NCBI GenBank assembly: GCA_013239625.1
Contig: MU057346.1
Coordinates: 6,720,431-6,784,430, forward strand
DNA: 64,000 nt
Direction of reading: 5' to 3'
Source of the DNA: Lama guanicoe
Taxonomy: Eukaryota
In this document: positions 50,201 to 62,794 of the stretch, in pieces
How positions within the stretch are numbered: position 1 is the first letter of the stretch
How the letters are laid out: each line of letters begins with the position of its first letter
Position numbers and translations under genes: made by a program
Notes under the pieces: generated by a model
Databases searched by the model: none
What the model was told of the DNA's origin: nothing
What the model saw: only the letters and a program-made list of their open reading frames with translations

Positions 50201-52769
50201 AGTTGTTGCTTGATGTGGTCAGTTATCAACTCGGGAAGGTCAGTTATTGCCCGAGACAAGGTCGCTTAGGAAAAGACCTTACCATGTCCACAGCCCAGTG
50301 TTTAGCCCCCTTCTTTATAGACTTAGAAGCCTGATTTGGTGTCTACATCCTGGGGTGATCTGTATCTTAGAGATAGACTTTTACTAATTGAACTCAAGGG
50401 AGATGAATATGTAAGCCAGAATGCAAATCTATTCATTTGTAGTGAGAAACCAAAGATCTTCTGACTTCTGTTGATAGCCTATTTTTAATTCAGAGAATTA
50501 AATTCTGTCTGGAGGAGTCTATTAATCTTTTAGAAAACTAAACTCTGGTCATTGAATAAAATCTCTCACTTGCAGAAATTTCTATAACTTTCTATGTACA
50601 GATGATTTCATACGGCAAATTTTTCCAACCAGCAGCTTTCTTAGCACATTCTCAGCATTTTTTTCCGAGTGACAATGCCTTCAGTCCTAACGTGCATCCA
50701 GTTTCAAGATACCCATCTCCTCCTGTTCTTTGTGCTTCTTTCCCTCAATCGCCTTCTTCCCTTTCATCACATTTACTAACCATGTCAAGCATTGCACTTG
50801 CATTTTCTCTTTTAACCTTCATAACTTCCCTGTGACAAATTCCGCCCCCATCTTACAGAGAAGACAATCTATTTGTATTGACATTCAGTAACTTATCCTC
50901 AGTCAGATGGGCAGTACCACAGTCAGGAGGCATATTCTGTGATCAGTTCCTGGAAGATAAGTGTCAGGAAATGGAACCCATCATAGGAGCTCAGGATGAA
51001 GAGGAATCAGCCTGAGAATAAGCAATGAGAATGGTTTAAGGGCAGACGTGTTTAGAAAAGGAGAAAGCATAGGACGCAAGAGCAGGAAAATGGAAAAGGT
51101 CTCTGGTCTGCTACTGATGTCTGCCAGAGAGGGAGGGGAAGGATGTGGTGGCCAGAACATCAGGCATTTACCCTCTGGGCTGGAAGTTGTCAGTTCTCAA
51201 TTAGTGCAATACACACACTATGGGATCCTGGTCATCTCGGCAGGGCATACAGTTTACAAGACAGAGGTAATGGTTTTGTAATGAACTATATGCTAACCAA
51301 GCTTACTATCATTTGAATATTCAGCAACTTATTCCAGCTAAATCCAACAGCAGATTGAATTTAGTCCCAATAACACGTGAATGTACCTTGTCCTGGGGGA
51401 AAGGGTCCTTTGTGTATCAGCATGATGGAACCCAGTTTTATGATGGTTTGGAATATTCCACAAATTGAGAACAATTACTGGAGAAAATAGGGAGCCACTG
51501 GAGGCTTCCTAAGTAAAGAATTGATGAACTCAGAGATGTGTTTGGGAAATAGCTCTGGGGTAGACGGAAAGAAGGAGGAAGGATGCCTGGTGGGCTGAGG
51601 AGCTGTTTTCCTTGCAATAGAACTGACAGGATGTGAGGAAATGTGTGACTAAAAGCAGGGAGATCTGAGGGAAGGGCCTGACTGCGAGAAACACTGTTCT
51701 CAAAAAGCTCTGACCCACTGCCCCTGCACCAGGATGCTGTTTTTCTTTGAACACTTTTTTGAATGCCTCCTATATGCCAAGCCCCGTTCTCGCCAGATTT
51801 TGAAGTCAGATGCCTCTGCCAACATGTTGGAGAGAGCACTTGCTGTAGTGGAGTGTGTGCCAGGCTTTCAGTCAAATAGAACTTGACTCACTTCGAGCAG
51901 TCAAGGGGGCTGCCGTGGCCAATTGGGCTTTGGTGTGGGTCCTTCTAAGTCCTGTCGTCTGCACGGTGCCCAGGACATACATGCTTAACATGTACCCTGT
52001 GGTGAATAGATGGACAGGTGGCCCAAGGAATGGAGTAAATAGACTAATTGAAGGACCTCAAAGCTCAACTTTAAAGTGCCTGAAACTGTTTCAAACTGAG
52101 ATCCAGACCATTCTTGTGGAAGCATATTTCTGTATTCCAGTCTGTGCAGTTGGTGAAAATAAGAAAAAAGAGGGAAGACAGCAATACAGATAAAAATATT
52201 ATTTATCTTAGAATGTATCCAAGCCAAGCAGAATGATAGTTTTTGAAAGTAGTTTCCCATCTGTAGCCCTTAGACAATAGGTGTTGAAATTTCCAAAGCC
52301 CATGGGTTAAAGTATGGATTCCTAGGTCCTGCCCCAAATCTACAAAGTTGATCCCTCGCAAAGGGAAAGAGAACTTAAACAAGCTCCTCTGTTTATTCTG
52401 CTGCACTAGAAAATAGTGAGAATCACTTTTCCAGAGTTAAGGCCAAGCTTTCTGAGGACTTAAAAATCCCAGGAAGGAAGGGTCTGTCATGGAAGCAGCT
52501 CATACGATAGTTAGACCTCCTTTGAAAACCTTTTAAAACATCAGGGGCACCAGTCTCTCTTGATGAACCTTTGAACTGGGAAGGACTCAAGGTTCAGGGG
52601 CCCCAATGGCCCCAGCATGAAACCCAGTGACTACTGCATGAGAATGTTCCAGCTCCAGGATCCGAGGGGAGTTTCACCCTACGCCATGTGATGTCTTTTC
52701 CAATAGTAGTATTAACAGGGACGTGTTATCTTTAGGGCATCTTCCTTGTTTTATATATTTAGCAATAAA

Positions 52770-53110
52770 TTTATATAACTTTTACTGTTTCTGGGTGTAA
52801 AAGTAATGCATGTTTGTTGTTAAAAAAATTAGAAGTTTCTAAAAAGCATAAAAAGAGTAAAAATCACCCATCGTACCACCAGGAAAAGATAAGCACTGTC
52901 AATATATCTCCTCCCAGACTCTTTAGTATGTGAACACACGTACACTTTTACCAAAATGAAATCATGTCCTATGCACTGTTTTGCAACCTGCTTTATCCAG
53001 TCTGAATGGTGATAATATCAAAGTCATGTATACTGTCATTTTTAATGACCACAGAGTACATCACAGTGTGAATGTTCCTCTTTATTTTACTATTCCCTTA
53101 TTTTTGAAGT
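52770..53110 (-). mobile_element. Ancient L1ME-type 3' end
   Basis: aaagtaatgcatgtttgttgt...aaaatcaccca...ctgttttgcaacctgcttt. Confidence 0.65.
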
Positions 53111-53574
53111 TTGAGTTCTTTAAGATTTCACTTTAGACTGTGGGGAAAAGAGATGAAATTGCAAAAGGAAGGTACATCAAGATGGCACTGCCCTGTCGTA
53201 AACTTCCTGGCTCACGTCATAGCCCAGAGGCGAGGACTTCACTTGGTTCTCTGCCTCCACTCTTCCTTTTTTCATTCTTTGTCAGAGGCTCCACCATCTT
53301 CCTCCGAGGTCCCCATCACTCACCTGCTTTTCTCTGGCATGTCATTCAGCATCACTAGAGATCATCTTGCTTCACTTAATTATTCATAATTCATTGCACA
53401 AACATTTACCAAGTACCTCCTGTATATCAGCACTTTGCCAGACCCTCACTTTATTCAGTCATTAAAATGTCTATGATCCTGCTCCCATTAAGATTACAGA
53501 CAAATGATAAAACCTGAGCCATTGACCAAAAGGCACGATTACTGTCATCTGAAGTCCTGGAAATCTGTGGAAGT

Positions 53575-54092
53575 TTTATTAGTTAGCTATCACTGCATAA
53601 CAAATTATCCCAACACTTAGTAGCTTTAAACAACAGAGTTCTTTAGGTCAGATTCCTGGGTGTGACTCAGCTCTCCTTCTGGCTGCAGCAAAGGTGTCAG
53701 CTACCTCCAGGCTCAAGTGAAGAAAGGTCTACTTCCAAACTCACATGGTTGTGAGAAGAATTGAGTTCCACTTGGGCTGTCAGGCTGAGGACCTCACTTC
53801 CTTGCTGTGTGTTGGCTGGAGGTCACTGTCTGTTGCCATGTGAGCCTTTCCTACGTGACAGCTTGCTGTGGCAAAGTGTGCAAGCCACTAAGTAAACAAA
53901 GAGAGTACCAGTGAGATGGAAGCTCTAGCCTTTTGTAACCTGATCACAGGAGTGATGTTCCATCCCTTTGCCAGATCCTATTCATTAAGTGTGGATTTCA
54001 ACCCACACTTAAGAGGAGGAGATTACCCGGTGGTCTAAATACCAAGAAGCTGAGGTCATTAAAGACCGTCTTTGAGATCAGTGCTGCTCTCA
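53575..54092 (-). mobile_element. MLT1F-like solo LTR
   Basis: tattagttagctatcactgcataacaaattatcccaacacttagtagctttaaacaaca...tgtaacctgatcacaggagtga. Confidence 0.8.
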
Positions 54093-54721
54093 TAGAACTT
54101 AACAGTTAATGATCAAACCAAAGCTATTTAATAAAAAAGTTAACTTAGAAAACACTCTGCCACCTGAGGTACTGGCAATTCATGGAACGTCTCATTTTGA
54201 CTCACTTTTAAGTTTAGGGATATGAAGAAAGAGGTCGATCTCTTTACACTTGCTAAATGTACACTTAAATGTTATTTATATGGGTTTTTGCAGCTGGCAG
54301 TGTATATATTCTGGGTCAATATTTCTGTTAGGTTTTCTCAAACCTGGGAAGTAGGGACGGAAGATGTTATCTCAGATTTAGAGACTGATGAACTGAGCCC
54401 TGGCAGGTTACTGGCTGAGTCGGCTACGTCTTGCTCCCAGTTTATTTGCTGGTTTGACAAACATGTACAAGCAAGTATTACATGCTCGGCCCCATACCAG
54501 GCAGCACGTGGGGAGGATGCTGAACAAAACCACTTCCTTCCCGGCTCTGAGCTCTGGTCAGGGTGAATATGAATCAAATAATCTCCCCAAAAACAAGGTT
54601 TCAAACTTTAAAATTCTGTAGTGGTTGCAAAGACCATGGTTTATGCAGTGTTCACATATACATGTTTACATATAAAAAGTCATCCACTGCACTTTCAAAA
54701 TTTGTACACTCGACTGGGTGT

Positions 54722-54790
54722 CCTCCCCCCTCCCCTCTCCCTGCCCCTCCAAACCTCCCTCCCCTCCCCCTGTCCCCCTCTCCTTCTTCC
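54722..54790. repeat. C-rich polypyrimidine tract
   Basis: many CCC(C) runs. Confidence 0.85.
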
Positions 54791-55078
54791 AGAGGTGATG
54801 GATATGTTCATGGCATAGATTGTGGTGATGATTTCACTAGTGTATACTCATCTCCAAACTCATCAAGTTGCATATATTAAACATGTACAGCTTTTCAGAG
54901 GGAGGGTATAGCTCAGTGGTAGAGTACCTGCTTAGCATGCACGAGATCCTGGGTTCAATCCCCAGTGCCTCCATTAAGTAAATAATACATAAATAAAACT
55001 TATTACCTGCCCCCACAAAAAAAATGTACAGCTTTTCTATGCCAATTGTACCTCAATAAAGTGATTTTTTAAAAATAA
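54791..55078 (+). mobile_element. L1MD/L1MC-type 3' end, interrupted by a SINE
   Basis: gaggtgatggatatgttcatggc..gattgtggtgatgatttcac...aaactcatcaagttg...tacctcaataaag. Confidence 0.8.
54897..55023 (+). mobile_element. Vic-1-like SINE with perfect 14-bp TSD
   Basis: ggagggtatagctcagtggtagag...gggttcaatcccc; ATGTACAGCTTTTC at 54883-54896 and 55024-55037. Confidence 0.92.
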
Positions 55079-55819
55079 GGTTAAAACAACATCAATAACC
55101 TATTCAGAGATTAAATTTTAATTTCAAATTTCAAATGAATTTTAAGATATAATTTTAAAAAACAAGTTTTCATGCAACTTGCCAAGACCCAGAATTTAAG
55201 TCAAGAAGGTATTTTTCACACTGCACAATCAGGGCACCTTATATACCCCCAAATGAGTAAATGTACGAAAAGACACAACATAAATTTTCTCCCAACTCTT
55301 ATTCCTTAACTGGTAGCTATTCAGCAAAGTCAATTTTGCAAAGCTTTATAAATATCTGCCATTTACCAGGAACTAGGAGAGGAGAGACTAATAAGATCAT
55401 GGTCCCTGATATTGGGGGATTCATAGCCTAATAAGTGGAATCTGACAAGTCAACATAGAATTTCAAAATAAATGCCAGGAGAGGCAAAGGTAAAGCAAGA
55501 CAGAGGGGGGGGCCCAAGCCTAGTGGAGGGAAGAACAGGACTATCAGAGGAGACAATGAAGTGCAGATGCTTTAGCTTCAAGGAAAAAAATCTCTACCTC
55601 AAACTTGGGTTGGTGTCAAGGCGGCTGCAGCAATTGAAGATGTGATGACATCAGAGAGAGAGAAGAGGGGATACAAGGGCCTGGGATTCTCATGGTGGCT
55701 GGGATGGGCATCTTGGGTGGGACTGACGGGTAAGCCTTCACCATTACCAGGAAAGGTGTTCCCTGAAGACTCTGGACCTGGCCTGCGTTATAGGATGAAT
55801 AGGACCTTTCTGGTCTATA

Positions 55820-56260
55820 ACTGTTAGAGATGGAGAGGGAACCATCTCTGGGTGTGCAAAAGCAGAGGGCACAGAAGATCACAGTGATTCTGGGGATTCC
55901 AGGTACTCTTACTTGACTCAACTGTAGAAGCAGCCTAGAGACCAGTGATAGGAGTTTAGGTTGGAGGAGAAGGTAGAGGATGAAATATGAAGGATCCTAC
56001 AAGCCACACTAAGAAATGTGGCTTTTTTCTTGAAGGAACTGGCAACCCACTGAAGGATCTGAAGCAGGGAAGTGCATGAGATGATGTGGGAGTTCAATCT
56101 AGAACAACCCACTAAACGGATTGGAGCATGGGGCAGGATCAGAGTCTTGGAAAGTGAAGTTCCTGTTGGTAGTTCTAGAAGGAGTTGGAACCAGGACTAG
56201 GTCACTGGATAAGTGGGTGACCTGAGGGGACGGAAGGGAACTCAAGGCGATGATTTCAGT
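55820..56260 (-). mobile_element. L2 fragment
   Basis: ggcaacccactgaaggatctgaagcagggaagtgcatgagat and purine-rich L2-like flanks. Confidence 0.55.
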
Positions 56261-57204
56261 TTTTTCTGGGGTTTCCAAGATTCCCTAGAGATCTAGATAA
56301 AAGTGATAATGCATCTGGGAAAATCGGAATCTAAGAGCTGGCTACTTAAATCTGACTCAGTACTGTCGAGTGAGTGTCAAATAATAGATATTGGTTTCTC
56401 AATACCTGGAGGATACTGGCCGGCTGGATAAATGAAAAGCTTTTATAAATGCCCACTGGCACATGTTATTGACTGAAATGAGGAACGGTGATAATACTTG
56501 CGTCACACAAAGGAGAAAGTGGGTGTGATATTTACAAGCAAGGCACTAAGCAGATATCCTATGGGTTAACAGGCTAGTGATTGAATTCATGCGATTTAAT
56601 CAGCCTGGTGAAGCTGCAGATCAGGTGAGCTACACTTTAGTGGCAACCACTTTCTCCCTCTGTTTGTGTGTGTGTGTGTAGCTCATCGAGTCTTGAAGCA
56701 CTCTATTCATGGCAGAACTTCCCTGCTTTGCATATTTTGCAAAGGAGCCTTTTCTTTCAGCCTCAAGTGCGTGTAATTGGAATGAGCTACGCATCCCCCC
56801 AGACCCACAAGCCTTTGTCATCTTAACTAGAACACTCCTGTGTGAGGTCAGTTTATAAAATCAGATCTGACTCATTTGTAGGTGTCCTGTCCCAAAGGCA
56901 AAAGGACTGTCCTGCTTCTGATGACTTCCCACTATGTAAGCATGGTTCAAACAGAAGCAAGGAGTGAGTTGATCCCTTGACACATTTACCAACATCTGTT
57001 TGTGGGCATCCAGCTGTGTAGGAGGGGACTACTGACCGCAGAGATTTTCCTGCTTGGACCCTTCCGTCCAATGTCTTTTCTATGGAAGGAACTTTTAGTC
57101 TAAATGTGTACCCTGGAGTTTTGATGTCTTGAAGTTTTCAGTCTAATCTCAGAGTATTTACAAGTCATGTGTTTTGGGAGGGTTTTGTTTATCCTTGTGT
57201 GGCA

Positions 57205-57500
57205 ACAAGATACCATGGAAAAAGTCTGGAAGTTGGAATTATGCCTTCTGAGCTTGAATCCCAGCTGTGCCCCTTAACTGCTATAACCTTGACTCGGTGG
57301 GATATGGGGAAAACGGCTTGTGATTTGGTGCCGGGCAGAACAGAGTTTGCATCTTAGTGCTGCCAGTCAGTAGCTCTGTGACCCTGGACAATTACTGTTC
57401 CGTTTTCTTTCATCTGTTAAGTGGGGTTAATACTACTTAGTGCTCGTGCTCATGAGGCAATAGCACACAGTGAAGCACTGCGTGGAGATGCAAGCACATG
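57205..57500 (+). mobile_element. MIR fragments
   Basis: tgaatcccagctgtgccccttaactgc; agctctgtgaccctggacaa...catctgttaagtggggttaata. Confidence 0.7.
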
Positions 57501-57633
57501 TCTTGCGACTCCATACATGACAACTGCCGCAGTTCTTGACCTCTTAGGCGCTGTGTTCTAATCGGGAACATAGGAATAAGAAAACTGTCTAATCTGCGTT
57601 TTTGATACGAGCACTTCAGTGCCACTTCTAGAA

Positions 57634-57840
57634 CAGGGTTTCTCAACCTCACCCTTGGCCCTACTGACATTTGGGGCCACCTAATTCTTCCTCAGGGGGG
57701 CTGCCCTGTGCATTGTAGGCTGTGTCCTCACCGGATGCGAGGCACACCCGCCAGCCCCAGGTGCAACAACCAAAAACATCTCCAGATACTGCCTCCTGCC
57801 CTTGGCGTGGGGGTGGCTTACTCTCAGTTGAGAACAACGG
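57634..57840. mobile_element. MER20, full length, perfect 8-bp TSD
   Basis: cagggtttctcaacctc...ggggctgccctgtgcattgtagg...gttgagaac; TTCTAGAA at 57626-57633 and 57841-57848. Confidence 0.92.
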
Positions 57841-58717
57841 TTCTAGAATGTGGAAGGAAGCACCTGGCACTGGGGAAGCGTTCCATAAGCAAGAGGAGCC
57901 CTATTTCTAACCTGTCTATAAAACTGTGAAAAGAAGTAGAGAAAGCAAAATGTTGTATTTATTTTGTGAGACCCCAGGTGGTAATGCAAAAATGAGAAGA
58001 GTAGAACAAATTAAAGTTCTTTTCAGCATGAATAACTGCCCCAAGTTCAGCTCCAAATACAAACCACAGTTGGGTGGTGCTACCAGTCATCAGAAAGCAG
58101 CTGTGGTAACGTGTGGTTTGCAGTCACTTCTGCTGGAACCTGATGAGTCCAGGGAGTGAAAATGGTGACCCCGACCCCGCCAGCCCCTCCCCTACTCCTC
58201 TTTGCATGATTCTGGGGGGTCAAGTTCACTTTCATTCTAAGCACACCTCAGGGAGTCAGCAAGGCCTGTTTTATCCCCGGCATGTTTTCTTTTTCCCCTT
58301 TTCCATTATTTATTTATTTATTAGCTCTTCCCCTGGGAGCAGGAAGGTCATTTTAAACCTGTATCACTTTCTCTTAACTGATCAAATCTTAAAGCAGCAA
58401 GAATATTCCAAAATTCCTCCATCCTGCCATGAGAAGTATGAGTCCACGGATGTGTGGGTGGTTTTGAAGTAGCTCTGATTTCATATTTTAAAATGATTTC
58501 TCTAATTGGAACATCCAATCCTTTGGTCCATGAAAAGTTTATTTAACTATAAATTTCTTCCTTCAAGGTTTCATTATGTTGGTAAAAAATAAAACTAAAA
58601 ACTACACTGCTTCCATGTCTGGAAAGGTACAGGGGCACAATTCAGCCACGTTATTAATAAAAAGTGAGAAGAATTGTGAAAGGTATTTCTGTTAAACCTT
58701 GAGAGAATAGAAAGATA

Positions 58718-58792
58718 CCCACCCCCCCACACACACTCACACACTCCCCGACCTGCCTTCTTCTTCTTCCTCTTCCTCTTCTTCTTCTTTTT
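58718..58792. repeat. Compound C/(CA)n/(CTT)n simple repeat
   Basis: cccacccccccacacacactcacac...cttcttcttcttcctcttcctcttcttcttc. Confidence 0.8.
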
Positions 58793-58794
58793 GG

Positions 58795-59340
58795 CTATGA
58801 GATTAAATGAAGAAGCAATTTTCTCCTCCCCAGAATGTTACTGCTCAGAGCAGCATTTTAGCGCTGCGATCGTGTGATAATATCAGGGCCAGGGAGTAAT
58901 TATTTTCTGATAATTCGTGTGCTGTGCTGGCTGTGACAGTGCTCCCGTGCTGAGATCTGTGAAGCACAGATTATACATTTCAACACTTATTCAAAATATG
59001 TATTTTTATGATTGATGAGGACATTGCAGCATGCCACCTTCATAATTTGCATTTTTTTTTTAAAAAATGGTTCTGGGTGTAAGTCATTGGCATGGATTAT
59101 CTCAATCATAAATCAAATGGTTCTCATTGTAAGTGCTCTGAAATATGCTTTTATTAAGTAGATTGTGGAAAAATCAGGCATAAATATGCCTTAACAGACT
59201 TTTTATATTTTATTAATATTCAGTATATATTTTTCACTACTTGAACAAAGAAAATGCCGCCTCTTATGATACCATTCCTGTCAAATTAAAGATTAGCCTT
59301 TCTCTTCCCAAACCTATGTATTTTGTGCTTAGCACAAAGC
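58795..59340. promoter_or_regulatory. Candidate conserved non-coding element / developmental enhancer
   Basis: Repeat-free AT-rich block with TGATTGAT, TGATTTAT (reverse strand), TGACAG, TAATTTGCAT and TAATTA motifs. Confidence 0.45.
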
Positions 59341-60139
59341 CAGGAATGACCTTTTAGGGGATTTAACAAATGCTTGACAGAAAGTAAAAATTCTCTATTT
59401 GATCAGAAAAAACAAAAATGATGAGGCTAAATTCGGCTTTAATCAATCCTGGTACTTTTTTTTTTTTCCTGGTAAGATCTCAAGCCCCAACAGAGGGTTC
59501 TAGTCTTATCCAGAGATGTCCTATAAGAAAACCTTCAAACTTGAAAATTGCATTTAATCTCTTCATAAAAGGAGTAGGAGTTTTTCAGTGCGAGGCAAAT
59601 GGCAGGAAAAAGATGGTTGAGATCACAAAGGCAAAGATACTATTACTTTAAAATGCTTTAAGAAAATGTTACTGCTGAACCTGGATGGTTGAAGATGGAA
59701 GTCCATGTAAAGACTCTTCCTGAGCCAACAGTTTAGCAAGAGCTTTGGCTGGATGAAGAAACGGAGCCCTTGCTGATAGGAGATTCCTGCCTCCACCCCC
59801 GGGGTGTGGAAAGTTCAGAGCTGTGTAAAAAACAGGATGGAGAAGAACCAAGACTCTAGAAACACACGCCCATGAGGGAGCCTGGGCATCTTTGCTAGAG
59901 CTGCAGCTAGAACAGGCGCTCACTACGATGTTAGGACTTAAAGAGTAAAATCCGCAAGCTGGACGGAGGAGGCAGGAATCTGGGATGGCTCCAGGGAACC
60001 CACGGCGAGAATGTTCAGACAGAGGAGAAGTGGGAAGCAGCCCAAGACATGTTGGGTTGATTGCCAAAAAGCATCCCTTCCTCTGTGTCCTGGATCCAGT
60101 CCCTCCTGTCGCCTCACTGCACCTCAGTCCCCGGAGCCA

Positions 60140-60312
60140 CCCCTCTTTGGTCTCAGTGCTTATCACTCCGTGTTGTAATTCTCTTTGTCTTCTATTGAGT
60201 CTGCTGTTTCTTCTGCGTGAGTGTGAGCCCCGGGAGCATAGAGCTTGTGTCTGTTTTGTTTACAGCTTTCTACCAAGCGCCTGCCTACTGGTAGGCCCCA
60301 AAGAGATTTTGC
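60140..60312 (+). mobile_element. L2 3' end
   Basis: gtgcttatcact...tgtgagccccgggagcatagagcttgtgtctgttttgtttac...gtaggcccca. Confidence 0.65.
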
Positions 60313-60346
60313 CACAGTTAAAGTGGAGATTGAACTGGGGATACCT

Positions 60347-60481
60347 GGTGGGGATACTCAGTGGTAGAGTGTGTGCTTAGCATGCATGAAGTCTTGGGTT
60401 TAACCCCCAGTACCTCCATCAAAATAAACAAACAAACAAACAAATACCTAATCACTTCCCCGCAAAAAAAATTTTTCTAAA
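60347..60481 (+). mobile_element. Vic-1-like SINE
   Basis: ctcagtggtagagtgtgtgcttagcatgcatgaagtcttgggtttaaccccc...(CAAA)n tail; TSD aactggggatac / aattgggggtac (10/12 match). Confidence 0.85.
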
Positions 60482-62794
60482 AATTGGGGGTACTAGCAAG
60501 TTCAGAGAAGATCTCCATCAGTCAGATCCAGAGGGTAAGGTCTCTGCCTTCAGCAGATGTCCTTTAAGTTCTGACTCAGCCTCTAAAGGCATCACCTTCC
60601 TCTCTTGAAATGGGCAAGTGGTGTGTCTGATTCCATCCCACAGAGAACGTCTGCCAAGAGCATGAAGTAGCTCATGAGTGCCTTGGCTTCCCCCTTCTGG
60701 AAAGGAGGTCTTCTCTCTCCGCATGACTCCTGTGGGACTTTCATTTTAAACTTTGCCTTTGTGGGCTCCAGAGAGCCTTCCAGACAAATGGCTGCTTCAT
60801 TTCTGAGGTGGTGATTTATATCCCTGGAAGAATAATTCTCAGTCAAGGTGTCTCTCCTTCATCATAAAGGAATAACAAAACATTTATAAAAGGGAGACTG
60901 AGCTTCAGATGAGTGGGTATAAAAGTTCTGTACAATATCAATGGTTGAAAAAATATGCATATATTAATTAAGAATTCCGACATACTTCTTTTACAAGGTC
61001 CCTTATGAAAGATAGACTATTTTCCACATTTACTTTGTGTTGGAAGTGACAGATGAAATTAATATGCTTCATAAATTTCCATCACAGAGGGTCAATTAAC
61101 AAGCGAACTAACCTTGTGAAAGTCATTTTGAAAGACTAGTTATGTCTATAATATTCCCTGTCAAATTAGGTAAAAGTGAGAAAATTAGAAGGCTGTCAAA
61201 TAAATAACAGTGTAAGATACTGAGTAATTGCATTTTTGATAAGGTAAATTAGTTTCCATGATTGTTGGCTAAGAAACAGGAAATGAATAGAGGAGGTACT
61301 AAAGACTACAAGGCTGTGCGTGTGAGTACACAGGTGTGCACACAGGTGTATGTGACGGATGTCTGTTTACTTCTGCACACACACATGGACAGGGAGGCAG
61401 AGCGGAGAGTCATCTGAAGGTTCAAAGTGGGAGTAAGATGGGTCTACACTCGGTGTTCAGCCCATTCCCCATTCCTCCACCAAGGCTGCTCTCCTTCAGG
61501 TACCCAGCCAGCTCCCACCTCTTTCCTTCAGTTCTTCAAAATGAATCCTTGCGCATGTGCCCTGGGCTGGACAGTGTCCTTGGCCATGGACTCGTGGTCG
61601 CCCTCACCCCCCTGGAGCTAACACTCCCGAAGTGGGGATGGTGTCAGCCGTGTCTGAACTGATGCTCTTTCTCTGTAGTACATTTGCTCCAAGGCTATAA
61701 AAGTACCAGAGAAACAAACCCAACTGGGCCCAGTTTGGAGACTGAGGGAGCTATGGCAGTCTGATTCTGAGGCTATTTTCAGCCCAATCCCCAGTACAGA
61801 TGGTTCCAGAAAGGCTACAGAATGTACCCAAGGCACTCTGATGGAGAGGCTGTCCTCTGTCAGGGCAGACGCAGCTGTGGCCAGGCCCCCTTCCTTCTTC
61901 CCCGTGGGAAAAGATTCCTACAGGGAGCCCCCTTCTCTCCTGCCTCCTCTAACATCTCAGCTTCCTTCGTCATGGCTGTGATGTCCCGTTTCTGCCAATT
62001 AGATCCTTGACTGGGTCTCCAGTTCCTATTTGTCATACGAACCAGTAGAGCTTAAAATTCATCTGAAGTCTTGGTCGCCATTCCCCATTCCTCCATGACC
62101 TCTGTGAGACTTGGAGCAAGTCTTTTATCAGGATGTGTGCTCCCCAAGTGTGAAATGAGGCTGCTTTATAGCAAGGAGATTTGTTTTAAAAATTGTTTTA
62201 AAAAATGTTGTATTTATGGGTACACCAGACCCACATGTGTATGCAGAGCAAATGCTTGGTATCAAATCCTGTTCCTTCCCCTGCACTATCTCCTCATCTC
62301 TCCCATGTCAGGGAGTCACTGAAGGTATATAAATTGCACATGTGTGTATAGTGTACATGCGCATATATTCTCACAAGTGTACACAAACATAGTTTTTCCC
62401 CTAGGTTCCCCATTTTACAGAGTCGGAAACTGTCTCAGTGGGGGGACATGAGTTGTGGGTGGCCTCTCTGTCAGGATCGGCACAAGCGTTGAACCCAATC
62501 AGTGTGTTCTAAGACCTGTACTCTCTATGATATGCTGAAGGGTCGTTTCTTCACAGCCAATTTCCTCATATAACCTCTTCCTAAAGAAGGAAGACTCTTG
62601 GGAGATAATATGCCCATGCATTTTATTTTTGATGGGCTGACTGATGCATTTCTGTTCCAAGTTCCTTTTTGTATTTTCTGCCCTAGATTGCACAGTCCAC
62701 TTCTCTCCCTGGTCTGCCCACTGCAGGCAGACGCAGCTGAGCTGGCCAAGGCTGGACACACGCAGATGTGGACCAGTTCAGAGTAACGTTCTCT

